A DNA stretch of 64,000 nt, taken from the NCBI RefSeq assembly GCF_009914755.1, contig NC_060934.1; one strand, given 5' to 3'. Both the position numbers and the translations under genes were made by a program. Below, one piece after another: positions 61,897 through 64,000 of this stretch. The first letter of the stretch is position 1; each line of letters begins with the position of its first letter. Under the pieces are notes generated by a model. That model was not told the origin of the DNA. It searched no databases and saw nothing but the letters and a program-made list of their open reading frames with translations. Source of the DNA: the human T2T-CHM13v2.0 reference genome, Homo sapiens.

Positions 61897-62545
61897 TGAT
61901 ATGGACTGAATGCTTGTGTCTCCCCAAAATAAATATTTTGAAACCCAAAGCCCCAGTATGATGGTATTAGGAGGTGAGGTCTTTGGGAAGTGTTTAGGGT
62001 CATGAAGGTGGAGCTCTGATGAATGTGAGGTTACAGTAAGAAGCTGGGGCCAGGTGCGGTGGCTTATGCCTGTAATCCCAGCGCTTTGGGAGGCTGAGGC
62101 AGGAGGATCACAAGGTCAGGAGTTCGAGACCAGCCTGGCCAACATGGTGAAACCCCCATCTCTACTAAAAATACAAAAAATTAGCCAGGTGTGTTGGCAG
62201 CCACCTGTAATCCCAGCTACTCAGGAGGCTGAAGCAAGAGAATCGCTTGAACCCAGGAAGCAGAGGTTGCAGTAACTGGAGACCGCACTACTGCACTCCA
62301 GCCTGGGCAACAGAGCAAGGCTCCATCTCAAAAAAAAAAAAAAAAAAAAACAAAAAGAAAGAAAGAAAAAGAAAGAAGCTGGCTGTCTATAACCCAGAAG
62401 AGGGCACTCACCAGAACTTACCAGAACCATGCTGGCACCCTGATCTTATACTTCACAGCCTCCAGAACTGTGAGAAATAAATGTGAGTTGTTAAAGCCAC
62501 CCTGTCTATGCCATTTGATGATAGCAGCCCAAGCTGACTGAGACA
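61897..62545 (+). mobile_element. MLT1A-type solo LTR interrupted by an Alu
   Basis: tgatatggactgaatg...cagcctccagaactgtgagaaataaat...gactgagaca; TSD aggac/aagac. Confidence 0.85.
62048..62375 (+). mobile_element. Alu (S-type)
   Basis: TSD aagaagctgg. Confidence 0.94.
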
Positions 62546-63096
62546 AAGACCGATACATAGAGCAATTCAGCCCACATTCACTGAGCAGCCAGCGGTGATG
62601 TCCATGGCCCAAGGTCATGGTATTACAATTTGCAAAGTATTAAATACAAATATGAATAAAACATGGATGGGGCTTGCCCTCTGGGAGCTTACGTGTATTA
62701 AGAGAGACAGACACAAAGCATCACTGGCATTTAAGTATCATTTCACTATCATATGAGGCTATGAGAGCAGCACAGGGGAGGGGCACTTAACCAGTCTGGG
62801 AGTTAGGGGAGATTTTGTGATGGAGCTGTTAACACCGAACCCAGCGCACAGAAGGCACTTGATAAATATTTCCTCATTGAATGAATAAACTTGTGTTTGA
62901 GGATAATTCTTTGGGTCATATAGGATGGATGGCAGTGGAAGGAGATCAGAGGGAAGAAAGCCAGCTGGGACATGGCTGCGAGGTTTTTACTAGAGTCACC
63001 TAATTAAAGATTAAAAGGGCCTACATGAAACAAGTAATTTTAAAGTTGAAAAGAGGAGGAAGGAGACTTGTGATATATTTAGTAGGTGGAAAGAAC

Positions 63097-63390
<294 letters not shown>

Positions 63391-64000
63391 ATGACAAAGG
63401 CAGCAGGGCGTTATGATAATGGCTCAATATGAGATGCTCTTCTTGGTCTTCCCCTAAACCTCAGTACTCCCAGAGCAAATCATTCCTTTCGCAAATATTC
63501 ATCAAGGGCATCCCGGGTGCCTTGCACTGTGCTAGGCTCTGGGGATATGCCAAGGAATGACCCAGACCCCCAGCCTGTCCTCTTCTTGCTCCTGGGACAG
63601 CACAATGTAGATGAGAAGCAGAAGGTGGAAGAAGCCTCTGAACAAGGTAACAAAGGTGAACAACGGTTGTTAACTATGGTCCAGGAAGAAAGGTCAGCAA
63701 GATAGAGGGAATCTTTTCTCTACAAAGGGTCACTGAACCACAGGAAGAAAAATCAATAGACGGTTGTGCAAGCAAAGAACAATTTGATTCTCCCCTAGAG
63801 AGCCACAGAAAATATTGTATTCGTAAGCTCATAAATGTTTGAAAAGGTAATAGAAAACTATTTAATGAGCTCAGAAAATAGTTTCTAAATTTCAGCTCTG
63901 ATGTTATTGGTACCTGCAGAAGAGAGGTGGAGAGGTTAAAGAGAAAGAGCAAACTAAGACTGCAGAAACCAAGGGAAAAGAAGAAGAAACAGGTGAACAT

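Overview
Primate (human-like) genomic DNA, dense in repeats. The only protein-coding content is the 3' half of the alpha-2,8-sialyltransferase gene ST8SIA6 on the minus strand: four coding exons with canonical GT-AG sites and consistent phases (51830-51974, 47436-47548, 43487-43579, 41306-41774 with the stop), carrying sialylmotifs L, S, III and VS. Positions ~1-41300 are 3' UTR and downstream sequence; 51975-64000 is intron. The rest comprises 33 Alus, several L1 pieces, MaLR/ERV LTRs, DNA-transposon remnants, microsatellites and a palindromic SATR1/SATR2-type array. Best leads: (1) a tRNA-Gly(TCC) 5' half, ending in the anticodon loop, inserted without a tail into an Alu with a 9-bp target-site duplication (TSD); (2) an intronic LTR10A with a tandem AP-1 array; (3) an unexplained ~130-bp inverted repeat around an AT-rich tract; (4) a layered palindromic satellite; (5) an L1 with a 34-bp TSD and a twin-primed inverted L1. 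I found no evidence of a new multi-gene system. Repeat subfamily names come from recalled consensus sequences, and repeat boundaries are approximate.
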